Shown: positions 37,225 to 47,216 of the stretch, one piece after another | How positions within the stretch are numbered: the stretch's first letter is position 1 | How the letters are laid out: each line of letters opens with the position of its first letter | From: an uncultured Clostridia bacterium | Lineage (GTDB): Bacteria; Bacillota; Clostridia; TANB77; CAG-508 | Length of the DNA stretch: 64,000 nt | Direction: 5' to 3' | NCBI GenBank assembly: GCA_934120675.1 | Contig: CAKOUU010000001.1 | Coordinates: forward strand, 17,926-81,925 | The notes under the pieces: generated by a model | The model's input: only the letters and a program-made list of their open reading frames with translations | Databases searched by the model: none | What the model was told of the DNA's origin: nothing | Made by a program: the position numbers and the translations under genes

Positions 37225-40200
37225 ATGGAAAAAGTTTTACATGTAGGATTAGACGTAGGCTCAACAACCGTAAAAATAATAGTAATGGATGAAAATCAAA
37301 ACACAATATATAAAGACTATCAAAGACACTTTTCAGACACGAAAAACACAGTATGTAATGTACTAGAAAACTTAGCAAAAATGTATCCAGAAAATACATT
37401 TACAATAGCACTAACAGGGTCTGGAGCAATGTCTGCAAGCAAGTTCTTAGGCGTAGAATTCATACAAGAAGTTGTATCATGCAAAAGGTCTGTTGAAAAA
37501 TATATTCCACAAACTGATGTAGTAATCGAACTTGGTGGAGAAGATGCAAAAATCATATATTTTGGAAAATCAATTGAACAAAGAATGAACGGAACTTGTG
37601 CCGGCGGAACTGGAGCATTCCTAGATCAAATGGCATCACTTTTACACACAGATACTGCAGGTTTAAATGAATTAGCAAAAGACTACAAAACAATATACCC
37701 AATTGCATCTAGATGCGGTGTTTTCGCAAAAACAGATATACAACCTTTAATAAATGAAGGTGCAGCAAAAGAAGACATTGCAGCATCAATTTTCCAAGCA
37801 GTTGTTAATCAAACAATTAGCGGACTAGCCTGTGGAAGACCAATTAGAGGGAATGTAGCATTTTTAGGTGGCCCATTAAGTTACTTACCAGAACTAAGAA
37901 AAAGATTTATAGAAACACTTAATTTAACACCTGAAGAAGTAATTGTGCCTGAAGAAGCTCATTTATTAGTAGCTAAAGGGGCAGCCCTTGATTCCCTAAA
38001 TACAAAGGCAATAACTGTTGAAGAATTGAAACAAAAAATAGAAAATTTAAGAAATTCACAAGATAATACAACACATCCAATTGAACCTTTATTCAAAAAT
38101 AAAGAAGATTACGAAAAATTTAAAGAAAGACACGACAAAGCAAAAGTTGCAAGAACTGAACTTTCTACATATGAAGGTGACTGTTACATTGGAATTGACG
38201 CAGGTTCAACAACTACAAAATTGGTATTAATTGATAAAGATGGAAACTTGCTATATTCATTATATGGTAGCAATGAGGGTAACCCTCTAAAAAGTGTTAT
38301 GAATATGCTTAAAAATTTATATGAAGTCCTACCAGAGAAAGCGATCCTTAGGTATAGTGGAGTTACAGGATATGGTGAAAAACTAATTCAAACAGCTCTA
38401 AATGTTGATTTAAATGAAATAGAAACAATTGCACATTACACTGCTGCAAAACAATTTGAACCTGATGTAACTGCAATAATCGATATTGGTGGACAAGATA
38501 TGAAATACATCAAAATGAAAAATGGTGCAATAGACAATATTATGCTAAATGAAGCATGTTCATCTGGATGTGGTTCATTTATAGAAACATTTGCAAAGAG
38601 CCTAAACTTAGAAATTTCACAATTTGTTAAAGAGGCAATTGAAGCCAAAAGACCTGTTGATTTGGGTTCAAGATGTACAGTATTTATGAACTCTAAAATA
38701 AAACAAGCTCAAAAAGAAGGCTATACAGTAGGAGATATTTCAAGTGGACTTTCATATTCAGTTATCAAAAATGCTATTCAAAAAGTTATGAAAGTTAGGG
38801 ATACGGCCACTTTGGGAGACCACATTGTAGTTCAAGGCGGAACATTCTACAATGATGCAGTTTTAAGAGCATTTGAAAAAATAGTTGGAAAAGATGTTGT
38901 AAGACCAGACATTGCAGGTTTAATGGGTGCATATGGAATGGCTTTACTTTCTAAAGAACAATATGAATCAAACCTAGATATGGAATACACATCAACTATT
39001 TTAAAAGCAGATGAATTAGATAAATTAGAAATTAAAGTAACTCATGCAAGATGTAACAATTGTGAAAATCATTGTAAATTGACAATAAATAAATTTAGCA
39101 ATGGTTCAATACATGTTTCTGGTAACCGTTGCGAAAAAGGTGCCGGTATTACTACAAATAAAAAGAATTTACCAAACTTAGTACAATACAAATATCAAAG
39201 AATATTTGATTATAAACCACTTGAAGAACAATACGCAACTAGAGGAACTATAGGAATTCCAAGAGTTTTAAATATGTATGAAGATTATCCATTCTGGTTC
39301 ACATTCCTTACAAGCCTAGGCTTTAGGGTAATAATATCAGATAAAAGTACAAGAAAAACATATGAAAAAGGTATGGAATCAATGCCTTCTGAATCAGTAT
39401 GTTATCCAGCAAAAATCTCTCATGGACATATTGAAAATTTAATTGAAAAAGGAATAAAAACTATTTTCTACCCTTGTATGCCTTATTCAAGAAAAGAATA
39501 TGAAAAAGCAGACAACCACTACAATTGTCCAATAGTAATTTCATATTCAGAAGTACTAAAAAATAATGTTGAAGATTTAAAAACACATAATATAAAATTC
39601 ATGAATCCATTCTTACCATTTGAAACTAAAAATCTAGTTAAAAAGATAATGGAATTAGATGAATTCAAAGAATATAACTTTACTAAAAAAGAATTACTAG
39701 AAGCCGCAGAAAAGGCAGAAGCAGAATATCAAAAATGTAAAAAGGATATACGTGACAAAGGTTCTGAAACCGTAAGATATATTGAAGAAAACAACCTAAG
39801 AGGAATTGTTTTAGCAGGAAGACCATATCACATCGACCCAGAAATAAACCATGGTATAGATACTTTAATTACATCATTAGGACTATGTGTTCTAACAGAA
39901 GACAGCGTATCTGACAAAACAGAAGCAAAACGTCCAATAAGAGTTGTTGACCAATGGGTATTCCACGCAAGACTTTACGCAGCAGCAGACTTCGTTGGTA
40001 AACACGATAATCTAGAACTAGTACAATTAAATTCATTTGGATGTGGTGTTGACGCAGTAACAACAGACCAAGTTGAAGAAATTTTATCAAGTTATGATAA
40101 AATGTACACACTAATAAAAATAGATGAAGTTAATAACTTAGGAGCTGTAAGAATTCGTATTCGTTCACTTCTAGCAAGTATGAATAAACGTATGGCAAAA

Positions 40201-41550
40201 AAACAAGAAGAAAAAGCCGATGGTGACTACGGATTAAAGAAAAAAATCTTTACGAAAGAAATGAAAAAAGATTACACAATCTTAATTCCACAAATGGCAC
40301 CAGTACACTTTGACTTGTTAGAGTCTGCCGTACAAGCCGCAGGTTACAACGCAGTATTACTAAGAGAATGCACTCAACATACAGTAGAAACAGGATTAAA
40401 ATATGTAAATAACGATGCTTGTTACCCATCAATTTTAGTAACAGGACAAATGATTGAAGCTCTTGAATCTGGAAAATATGATTTAAATAAAACTGCATTA
40501 ATCATGTCACAAACAGGTGGTGGATGTAGAGCAACAAACTATATAGGTTTTATAAGAAAAGCTCTTAAAGACGCAGGATTTAGCAATGTACCAGTAATAT
40601 CATTCAATGTTGTTGGTATGGAAAAAATGCCAGGCTTTAAAATAACACCAAAATTAATTGAAGGATTAATAAAATCTGTTGTTTATGGTGATTTATTACA
40701 AAAAATGCTTACAAAAAACAGAGCATATGAAGTAAACAAAGGCGAAACTCAAAAACTATATGACGAGTGGATGGCTAAATGTAAACAAATGGTTAAAAAG
40801 TCAACAAATAAACAATTTAAACAAAGTATTTATGATATTGTAAATGATTTTGAAAAAATTGAATTAGATACATCTGTTAAAAAACCTAAAGTAGGAATCG
40901 TTGGAGAAGTATTAATTAAATACCATCCATTTGGAAATAACTACGCAGCAGAAATGCTTGAAAAAGAAGGAGCAGAAGTTATTTTACCAGACTTTATGGG
41001 ATTTGTTAAATTTATGGCAACACATAAAATTACATTTAATAGTTTATTAAATATAAATAAAACATCTGCAAAAATAAGTAAAATAGCAATAAAATTAATT
41101 GATATATTAGAAAAAGATGAAAAGATCGCATTAGCAAATTCTAAAAAAGGATATTTACAACCATGTGATATTTGGCACTTAGAAGATAAAGTAAAAGACG
41201 TTTTATCTATCGGAAATCAAACTGGTGAAGGTTGGTTCTTAACTGCAGAAATGATTGAATATATGGAACATGATATTCCAAATATCATATGTGTTCAACC
41301 TTTTGCTTGTCTACCAAATCACGTTGTTGGTAAAGGTGTTATCAAAACAATTAGAGAAAAATATCCAGAAGCTAATATTTCTCCTGTTGATTATGACCCA
41401 GGTGCTAGTGAGACTAACCAGGCGAATAGAATTAAATTATTGATGACTGTTGCTAAGGATAATTTACAACGTCAGGAAAATGAGAAAAAGGCTTTGGAGA
41501 TTGAAAATAAAGATGTAGAAAAAAATATTGAAACTACTGAAAAAGCCTAA
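37225..41550 (+). CDS. Fusion protein: two BadF/BcrA/HgdC-type ATPase (activase) domains plus 2-hydroxyacyl-CoA dehydratase-like domains
   Basis: Two actin-fold ATPase starts (LHVGLDVGSTTVKI and CYIGIDAGSTTTKL) are followed by a long Cys-containing dehydratase-like region. A protein of about 1400 aa with this architecture is common in Clostridia. Confidence 0.8.
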   Translation: MEKVLHVGLDVGSTTVKIIVMDENQNTIYKDYQRHFSDTKNTVCNVLENLAKMYPENTFTIALTGSGAMSASKFLGVEFIQEVVSCKRSVEKYIPQTDVVIELGGEDAKIIYFGKSIEQRMNGTCAGGTGAFLDQMASLLHTDTAGLNELAKDYKTIYPIASRCGVFAKTDIQPLINEGAAKEDIAASIFQAVVNQTISGLACGRPIRGNVAFLGGPLSYLPELRKRFIETLNLTPEEVIVPEEAHLLVAKGAALDSLNTKAITVEELKQKIENLRNSQDNTTHPIEPLFKNKEDYEKFKERHDKAKVARTELSTYEGDCYIGIDAGSTTTKLVLIDKDGNLLYSLYGSNEGNPLKSVMNMLKNLYEVLPEKAILRYSGVTGYGEKLIQTALNVDLNEIETIAHYTAAKQFEPDVTAIIDIGGQDMKYIKMKNGAIDNIMLNEACSSGCGSFIETFAKSLNLEISQFVKEAIEAKRPVDLGSRCTVFMNSKIKQAQKEGYTVGDISSGLSYSVIKNAIQKVMKVRDTATLGDHIVVQGGTFYNDAVLRAFEKIVGKDVVRPDIAGLMGAYGMALLSKEQYESNLDMEYTSTILKADELDKLEIKVTHARCNNCENHCKLTINKFSNGSIHVSGNRCEKGAGITTNKKNLPNLVQYKYQRIFDYKPLEEQYATRGTIGIPRVLNMYEDYPFWFTFLTSLGFRVIISDKSTRKTYEKGMESMPSESVCYPAKISHGHIENLIEKGIKTIFYPCMPYSRKEYEKADNHYNCPIVISYSEVLKNNVEDLKTHNIKFMNPFLPFETKNLVKKIMELDEFKEYNFTKKELLEAAEKAEAEYQKCKKDIRDKGSETVRYIEENNLRGIVLAGRPYHIDPEINHGIDTLITSLGLCVLTEDSVSDKTEAKRPIRVVDQWVFHARLYAAADFVGKHDNLELVQLNSFGCGVDAVTTDQVEEILSSYDKMYTLIKIDEVNNLGAVRIRIRSLLASMNKRMAKKQEEKADGDYGLKKKIFTKEMKKDYTILIPQMAPVHFDLLESAVQAAGYNAVLLRECTQHTVETGLKYVNNDACYPSILVTGQMIEALESGKYDLNKTALIMSQTGGGCRATNYIGFIRKALKDAGFSNVPVISFNVVGMEKMPGFKITPKLIEGLIKSVVYGDLLQKMLTKNRAYEVNKGETQKLYDEWMAKCKQMVKKSTNKQFKQSIYDIVNDFEKIELDTSVKKPKVGIVGEVLIKYHPFGNNYAAEMLEKEGAEVILPDFMGFVKFMATHKITFNSLLNINKTSAKISKIAIKLIDILEKDEKIALANSKKGYLQPCDIWHLEDKVKDVLSIGNQTGEGWFLTAEMIEYMEHDIPNIICVQPFACLPNHVVGKGVIKTIREKYPEANISPVDYDPGASETNQANRIKLLMTVAKDNLQRQENEKKALEIENKDVEKNIETTEKA

Positions 41551-41601
41551 ATTAAAACTTATTTATGAAATTTTTTGATATTATGAATTTTTTCGTAAAT
41601 A

Positions 41602-41630
41602 TTGACATATAATAAAATATGTAGTATACT
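41602..41630 (+). promoter_or_regulatory. Sigma-A-type promoter for sRNA D
   Basis: TTGACA (41602-41607), 17 nt, then TATACT (41625-41630). The flanking ATTGACATATAATAAAATATG closely matches the sRNA A and sRNA C promoters. Confidence 0.55.
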
Positions 41631-41636
41631 ACAAGT

Positions 41637-41712
41637 AGCTTAAGCAAAATATAAAAAATTCTTAATGTCTTTCATATAATAAAAAGAACAGGATGGCGGT
41701 CCTGTTCTTTTT
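41637..41712 (+). ncRNA. Predicted convergent sRNA D (about 75 nt)
   Basis: It would run from the promoter at 41602 to terminator D. CUUAAUGUCUUUCAU (41661-41675) can form a 15-bp duplex with one G-U pair against AUGAAGGACAUUAAG, the start codon region of peptide D. Confidence 0.5.
41685..41708. terminator. Bidirectional terminator D
   Basis: AGAACAGGA tggcgg TCCTGTTCT with A-run and T-run flanks. Confidence 0.75.
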
Positions 41713-41717
41713 AAACT

Positions 41718-41789
41718 TCAATCACTTTCCAAAAACTCTAGAAGTTTTAATATTAAAATGATTTTTAGTAGTTCCTTAATGTCCTTCAT
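41718..41789 (-). CDS. 23-aa peptide D (related to peptides A and C)
   Basis: ATG 6 nt after GAAAGGAGGTGA. Peptide is MKDIKELLKIILILKLLEFLESD. Its promoter is TTGTAA (41846-41841), 17 nt, TATAAT (41823-41818). A terminator follows directly. Confidence 0.5.
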   Translation of the reverse strand: MKDIKELLKIILILKLLEFLESD

Positions 41790-41849
41790 TCGTTCACCTC
41801 CTTTCGAAGGCAAACCAATTATATAATAAATATTTACTTATTACAACTA

Positions 41850-42698
41850 TTATTTAAAATTTTGAAGAATAAATTTCTTCGCTTCCCTATACCCCAACTT
41901 ATAAAAATAATCCATTTTACTCATATCCAAAAGAGAAATCTTTTTACTTTTTATTTTAATTAAATAATCAGCACCACTAAGCTCATGTTTTGAAAGTTCC
42001 TTACCCATTAATGCAAAAGAACGAACAGCAACATCAACTAAGTTTTTACAACAACTATCATCAACTTCATTTTCAAAAACAACACTTATAACCTTATCAA
42101 CACCCAAAAATCTAAGTTCTCTCCAAGGCACATTTTCCCTAATGCCACCATCAACTAATTTTCTATTATTAAAATCACATGGAGAAAAAACAGATGGAAA
42201 ACTGCAACTAGCCTGAACACAATTTCCAATATTAGCTTCATTTACAAAAATTGTATTATCAGAAAAAGCTCTAATTTTAGAAGACGTAAAACAAATAACA
42301 TCACCAGTATTCATATCAACACTCGGAATTGCAAGTGGTATTTTAATATCAGAAATATTACTAATATTTTTTTCACCACATATTTTATTAATTAATTTTT
42401 TTATTGATTTTCCAGAATTTAAACCATCAATTATTATTGTCCCTGTTAAAGTAATTCCAAAAAATAATTTAAAAATATTTTTTAATTCCACATATTTTAT
42501 TTTTTTACAGTATTTTTTAAAAATAAAATAAATATCATCAGCTGTATATCCAGCTGCATATAAAGTTGCTACTATACTTCCTGATGATGTTCCTCCTATA
42601 TAATCTATTTTTATTTTTTCTTCTTCAAAAGCCTTTAATACTCCAATATGTGCAGCTCCCTTTGCCCCACCACCTGCTAATGCTAAACCTAAACTCAT
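41850..42698 (-). CDS. Patatin-like phospholipase
   Basis: GGGAKGAAHIGVLKAFEE oxyanion motif, GTSSGS serine lipase motif, and DGG near the C-terminus. Confidence 0.85.
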   Translation of the reverse strand: MSLGLALAGGGAKGAAHIGVLKAFEEEKIKIDYIGGTSSGSIVATLYAAGYTADDIYFIFKKYCKKIKYVELKNIFKLFFGITLTGTIIIDGLNSGKSIKKLINKICGEKNISNISDIKIPLAIPSVDMNTGDVICFTSSKIRAFSDNTIFVNEANIGNCVQASCSFPSVFSPCDFNNRKLVDGGIRENVPWRELRFLGVDKVISVVFENEVDDSCCKNLVDVAVRSFALMGKELSKHELSGADYLIKIKSKKISLLDMSKMDYFYKLGYREAKKFILQNFK

Positions 42699-42860
42699 AA
42701 TAATCACCTTATATTATTTTATTATTTTTTAATTTTTTTGCTATTAATTTTTTAAAATTAATTTAATTAAAATATTGAAAATAAATTAAAATTAATTTAT
42801 TAAATATAATTTATTTTTTTTAATTTTTATGTTATATTAATAAAGAAGGGATTGATTTAA

Positions 42861-43523
42861 TTGGAAGAAAACTATTATGAAATATTAGAAGTAAATAAAA
42901 ATGCATCACCAGAAATAATTGAAAAAGCATATAAAACACTAGTAAAAAAATATCATCCAGATTTACAAAAAGAAAATGAAAAAAATAAATACGAAGAAAA
43001 AATAAAAAAAATAAATGAAGCTTATGATATTTTATCTAATTCAGAAAAAAGAAAAAATTATGATTTAAATTTAAAAAATACAGAAATTTCAATAAATGAT
43101 TATAATATATTATATCAAGAAAATATTAATTTAAAAAATAATTTAAATATATTAAAACAAAAATTAAATTATTTAAATAATATTCAAAATACTTATAAAA
43201 ATATTAATTATGATAAAAATAATTATACAGAAAATAATAATATTAATTTAAAAAATAATAAAAATAATTATTCGAAAAATATTAATAATAATTCAGAAAA
43301 AAATAATTATAATAATTTTAATTTAAATAATTTTTATTCTAATTTTTTTATAAATATTAAAAATAAATTTAAAAATTTATTAGCATTAATTATCACCATT
43401 TTAATTATTATTTTTATTTTTTTTATTTTATGGAATATTCCATTTACAAAAAATTATTTAATTAATTTATATAATGAAAATACCATTTTACAATTTTTTG
43501 TTAATTTAATTTTTAAAATTTAG
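42861..43523 (+). CDS. J-domain protein with Asn-rich low-complexity region and C-terminal TM segment
   Basis: TTG start. YYEILEVNKNASPEIIEKAYKTLVKKYHPD (HPD motif), then an N/K/Y-rich region, then LLALIITILIIIFIFFILW. Confidence 0.75.
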   Translation: MEENYYEILEVNKNASPEIIEKAYKTLVKKYHPDLQKENEKNKYEEKIKKINEAYDILSNSEKRKNYDLNLKNTEISINDYNILYQENINLKNNLNILKQKLNYLNNIQNTYKNINYDKNNYTENNNINLKNNKNNYSKNINNNSEKNNYNNFNLNNFYSNFFINIKNKFKNLLALIITILIIIFIFFILWNIPFTKNYLINLYNENTILQFFVNLIFKI

Positions 43524-43531
43524 ATTAATTT

Positions 43532-43562
43532 AAGCACAATAAAATTAATTTTTATTGTGCTT
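43532..43562. terminator. Bidirectional terminator
   Basis: 13-bp stem AAGCACAATAAAA / TTTTATTGTGCTT between convergent genes. Confidence 0.65.
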
Positions 43563-43653
43563 ATAATTTTTTAATATATTTCAAACGAGATTTTAATTAT
43601 ATTACAATTTTTTTATTTCTTCCTCTGTAAGTCCAGTTACTTCACTTATTAAA

Positions 43654-44421
43654 TTAATTTTTATTCCCTGTTGTAATAATTTTTTTGCAACATCTTTTTT
43701 CCCGATTTATTTCACCATCTTTTAATCCTTTTTTTATTCCTTCTTTTATTCCTTTATTATATCCGGCACTTTCAATTGATTTTTGGTCCAATATATATTT
43801 TTCCCTTAATTCTGCCAAATATCTTTCGTGTTTATCATTACTAATTTTCTCTAACTCTTTTTTAGCCTTTTTTAGCTCCTCATTTCCATCCATTTTTATC
43901 ACCTCTGGATTTTCTATAAATTTCAACCAAGAATTCATTTCATTTTTTCTATTTTCTTTATATTTTATGAACTTTGGTAACTCAATTATATATAATTCCA
44001 TAACATCTGTCAATATTATTTGGTGATATTCTTCTTCTCTTATTTGCCATTTTGTTTGATATTTAGGTACTTCTTTAAGAGATTCTAATTCATAATCTGA
44101 TATTAATATTACAATTGTTTTTTCTAATTCGGAATAGTCTTTTCCAGCATTTATACTTTTACTATACATTTTACTCCAATAAAACAATATCCTTTTTTCG
44201 ATATTACTATGATCTACGACTTGCATCTCTATATTACAATTTATATTATTATCTATTTTAGCCCTTATATCCAAAATGCCAACTTTGTCATCAAATAAAT
44301 CTTTTTCCAATATTGTATTATTGTCCAATTCTACATTTGTTATTTTCTTTTCTATTATCGAACCTATTAATGAAGCTGTGATGTCCTCATTCCCTATATG
44401 TCCAAATATTCTCTTAAACAC
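43654..44421 (-). CDS. Rpn-family recombination-promoting nuclease / PD-(D/E)XK putative transposase (apparently decayed at both ends)
   Basis: FKRIFG...DIRA...EMQ motifs. The canonical C-terminal tail VAKKLLQQGIKINLISEVTGLTEEEIKKL is in another frame after an A6 run. The conserved N-terminal LLNPKNDYVFK precedes the first usable start codon. Confidence 0.7.
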   Translation of the reverse strand: MFKRIFGHIGNEDITASLIGSIIEKKITNVELDNNTILEKDLFDDKVGILDIRAKIDNNINCNIEMQVVDHSNIEKRILFYWSKMYSKSINAGKDYSELEKTIVILISDYELESLKEVPKYQTKWQIREEEYHQIILTDVMELYIIELPKFIKYKENRKNEMNSWLKFIENPEVIKMDGNEELKKAKKELEKISNDKHERYLAELREKYILDQKSIESAGYNKGIKEGIKKGLKDGEINREKRCCKKIITTGNKN

Positions 44422-44572
44422 ATAATCATTTTTTGGATTTAATAATTTTTCTATAATACATTCCTTCTTTCTTTCTTTAATTTAATTTTTAATTTTCTGA
44501 ATTTTAGGCCGAACTGCCTTAATTTTGAATTAATAAAATATCGTCTGAAATATAACAGCAATATATTAACAT

Positions 44573-44609
44573 AAAAAGTTTAAATATGCAATACATATTT
44601 AAACTTTTT
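44573..44609 (-). terminator. Terminator downstream of ABC permease gene
   Basis: 16-bp stem AAAAAGTTTAAATATG / CATATTTAAACTTTTT. Confidence 0.6.
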
Positions 44610-44679
44610 ATTAATATAATTTATTTTATATTATTTTTGAATAATTTCTAATTAATTTCTTATTTATTTTTTATTTATT

Positions 44680-46377
44680 TTAATTATTTATTTTTTCAAA
44701 TAATTTATTAATATTTATTTTAATTATTTTATTTATAATAAATATTAATAAAACAAAAATTAAAATAATTAAAAAACAAGAAATATTCAAATTTAAATCC
44801 TTAAAAATTTTATTAAAATAAACTAAAATTAAAATAATAAAAATAGTTAAAACATATTGGAATAATTTATTATCATTTTTTACAGTTTCATATTCAGTCT
44901 TCCATTTTAAATTAGGTTTATAAAAATCAACCAAAACCATTAATTCACTATTTATTATATTTAATAAATTAGAAATAATAAAAATAAAAAATAAATAAAT
45001 AAAATTAAATTCAACAAAAATTAATTTAATTAAAATTAAAATAATAATACTAAAAAACATATTAATAATAATTTGCGGAATTGATTTATATATAAATTGC
45101 TTATAAAAATCAATAGGGATAAACTTCATATAATTAGCAGAATTTCCCTCCCTTGATAAAGCTGTTATTGAAATATTTGACATTGTAAAAACAAATTGAA
45201 TAATTCCCAACACCAAACAAATAACACCTAAATCTACGGAAAAAGCTATCGTATTACCAAATATATCTGATGTCAAAAGTAACCTTAAATTTGGCAAAGC
45301 AACTATAACTATAATCAATATTGAAACCATTAATATAAACATTGGAAAAATACATTGCATAAAAAACATAGGATTTTTAAACAATATTTTAAACTCTTTA
45401 TTTATATATGAATGGCATATATTTTTTTTCTTTAATTTTTTTTCAATTTTATTTTTCGATATTTTATTTAAATAATAATTATTATTATTTTTTAAAATAT
45501 TTTTTAAATAATATTTTTTTCCAATCAAAATAAATAAAATAAAAAATATTAAATCAATAAATATTATTTCAAATAAATAAAATAAAGAATTTATTTTATT
45601 TGAATTTTTTAAAATATTAATTGTTGGATTTATTTCTAAAAAATAATTATATGTTTTATTTAAATTATTATTAAATTCATTAATTGCCTCTACAATATTT
45701 TCTGTTTGTATATTTGAATTATTATCTATTTTCTTTATAAGCATATTTCCAATTTTAAATTCCAAAATAAATACTATTATAATACAAAATAATGTAAATA
45801 TTATTTGAAAAATATCTTTATTTTTTATAAATTTTGATAATTTTATAAAAAACATCATTATTAAACTAATAAATAATGTAGGTAAAATAGGAAAAATTAT
45901 TAAAATTAAAAATAAATAAAAATAATAAATAATTCCTGCATATGTACAAATGCCATAAACAATTAATGGAAAAAGTACAAATATTAATTCAGAAAAATAT
46001 AAATTAATTAATATAGTATTAAATTTAGAAATTAATAATTCATCCGTTTTTATTGGCAACGGCAGTAAAATTTCAAAATCTTTAGAAAAGAAATACACAT
46101 TTGTACTTGCCAAAATTATCTGAAATATCATAATCATCATTACTATCAAGAAAAATACATTTAAAAATATTCCAGGTTGCCCAACTCTTGCTAACTCACT
46201 TATAATTTCATAACTTAAATATGTAATAGCAATTGATAAAATAATCAATAACCATACAAAAACGGATTTTTTATTTATTTTATTTGTTTTGGGATCAATT
46301 ATATATTGATTTTGAAACGAATTCAAAAAAAGAATTTTTGTTAAATTAAACATATTTCTTACTTTACTCATTTTCAA
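44680..46377 (-). CDS. Polytopic membrane protein, putative ABC exporter permease
   Basis: 565 aa with many TM segments. It overlaps the stop of the upstream ABC ATPase gene by 14 nt. Confidence 0.6.
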   Translation of the reverse strand: MKMSKVRNMFNLTKILFLNSFQNQYIIDPKTNKINKKSVFVWLLIILSIAITYLSYEIISELARVGQPGIFLNVFFLIVMMIMIFQIILASTNVYFFSKDFEILLPLPIKTDELLISKFNTILINLYFSELIFVLFPLIVYGICTYAGIIYYFYLFLILIIFPILPTLFISLIMMFFIKLSKFIKNKDIFQIIFTLFCIIIVFILEFKIGNMLIKKIDNNSNIQTENIVEAINEFNNNLNKTYNYFLEINPTINILKNSNKINSLFYLFEIIFIDLIFFILFILIGKKYYLKNILKNNNNYYLNKISKNKIEKKLKKKNICHSYINKEFKILFKNPMFFMQCIFPMFILMVSILIIVIVALPNLRLLLTSDIFGNTIAFSVDLGVICLVLGIIQFVFTMSNISITALSREGNSANYMKFIPIDFYKQFIYKSIPQIIINMFFSIIILILIKLIFVEFNFIYLFFIFIISNLLNIINSELMVLVDFYKPNLKWKTEYETVKNDNKLFQYVLTIFIILILVYFNKIFKDLNLNISCFLIILIFVLLIFIINKIIKININKLFEKINN

Positions 46378-47098
46378 CTATCTCCATAAATAATTCTTCT
46401 AATGATTTATTTTCTTTTAATTCTTTTTTTAATTCATCGTATGTTCCAACAAATAACAATTTTCCCTTATCTATAATCCCAATTCTATCACATAATCTTT
46501 CTGCAACGTCTAAAATATGTGTTGAAAAAAATACCGTATTATGTTTGTCAGCATGTTCTCTCATCATGTTTTTTAACTCATATGACGATTTAGGGTCAAG
46601 CCCTGTCATTGGCTCATCTAAAATCCAATTTTTAGGATTATGTAACAATACTCCAATTATTATTAATTTTTGCCTCATTCCATGAGAATAACTTTCAATT
46701 TTATTATTTAATACATTAATTATTTCAAATTTTTCAGCTAGTTCTTTTATTCTTTTTATCCTATCTTCTGTTGACACGCCATATATATCTGCCATAAAAT
46801 TTAAATATTCAATTCCTTTTAATTTTAAAAATACATCTGGATTATCTGGTACTAAACCCATTTGTTTTTTTGCTTCTATTGGCTCTTTTTTTATGCTTTT
46901 TCCATCTATTAAAATGTCTCCTTCATCTATTTCTAATATTCCTGTTATCATTTTTATTGTGGTTGTTTTTCCGGCTCCATTTGGTCCTAGAAATCCAAAT
47001 ATTTCCCCGTCTTTTATTTCTAAATTAACATCGTTTATTACTTTTTTATTTTTTTTGTATTCTTTTGATATGTTTTTTATTTCTATCATTGGCATCAC
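46364..47098 (-). CDS. ABC transporter ATP-binding protein
   Basis: Walker A GPNGAGKTT, signature YSHGMRQK, and Walker B ILDEP. The likely start is the ATG at 47089 after AAGGAG. Confidence 0.9.
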   Translation of the reverse strand: MMPMIEIKNISKEYKKNKKVINDVNLEIKDGEIFGFLGPNGAGKTTTIKMITGILEIDEGDILIDGKSIKKEPIEAKKQMGLVPDNPDVFLKLKGIEYLNFMADIYGVSTEDRIKRIKELAEKFEIINVLNNKIESYSHGMRQKLIIIGVLLHNPKNWILDEPMTGLDPKSSYELKNMMREHADKHNTVFFSTHILDVAERLCDRIGIIDKGKLLFVGTYDELKKELKENKSLEELFMEIVENE

Positions 47099-47216
47099 TC
47101 CTTATCCATATTCTAACATAGCAAAAATAAAAATACAATAAATCATATAATTTATTGCATTTTTACTAAAAAAATTTTTATATATAACATTTTAACTATA
47201 ACTAAATTAATATTCA

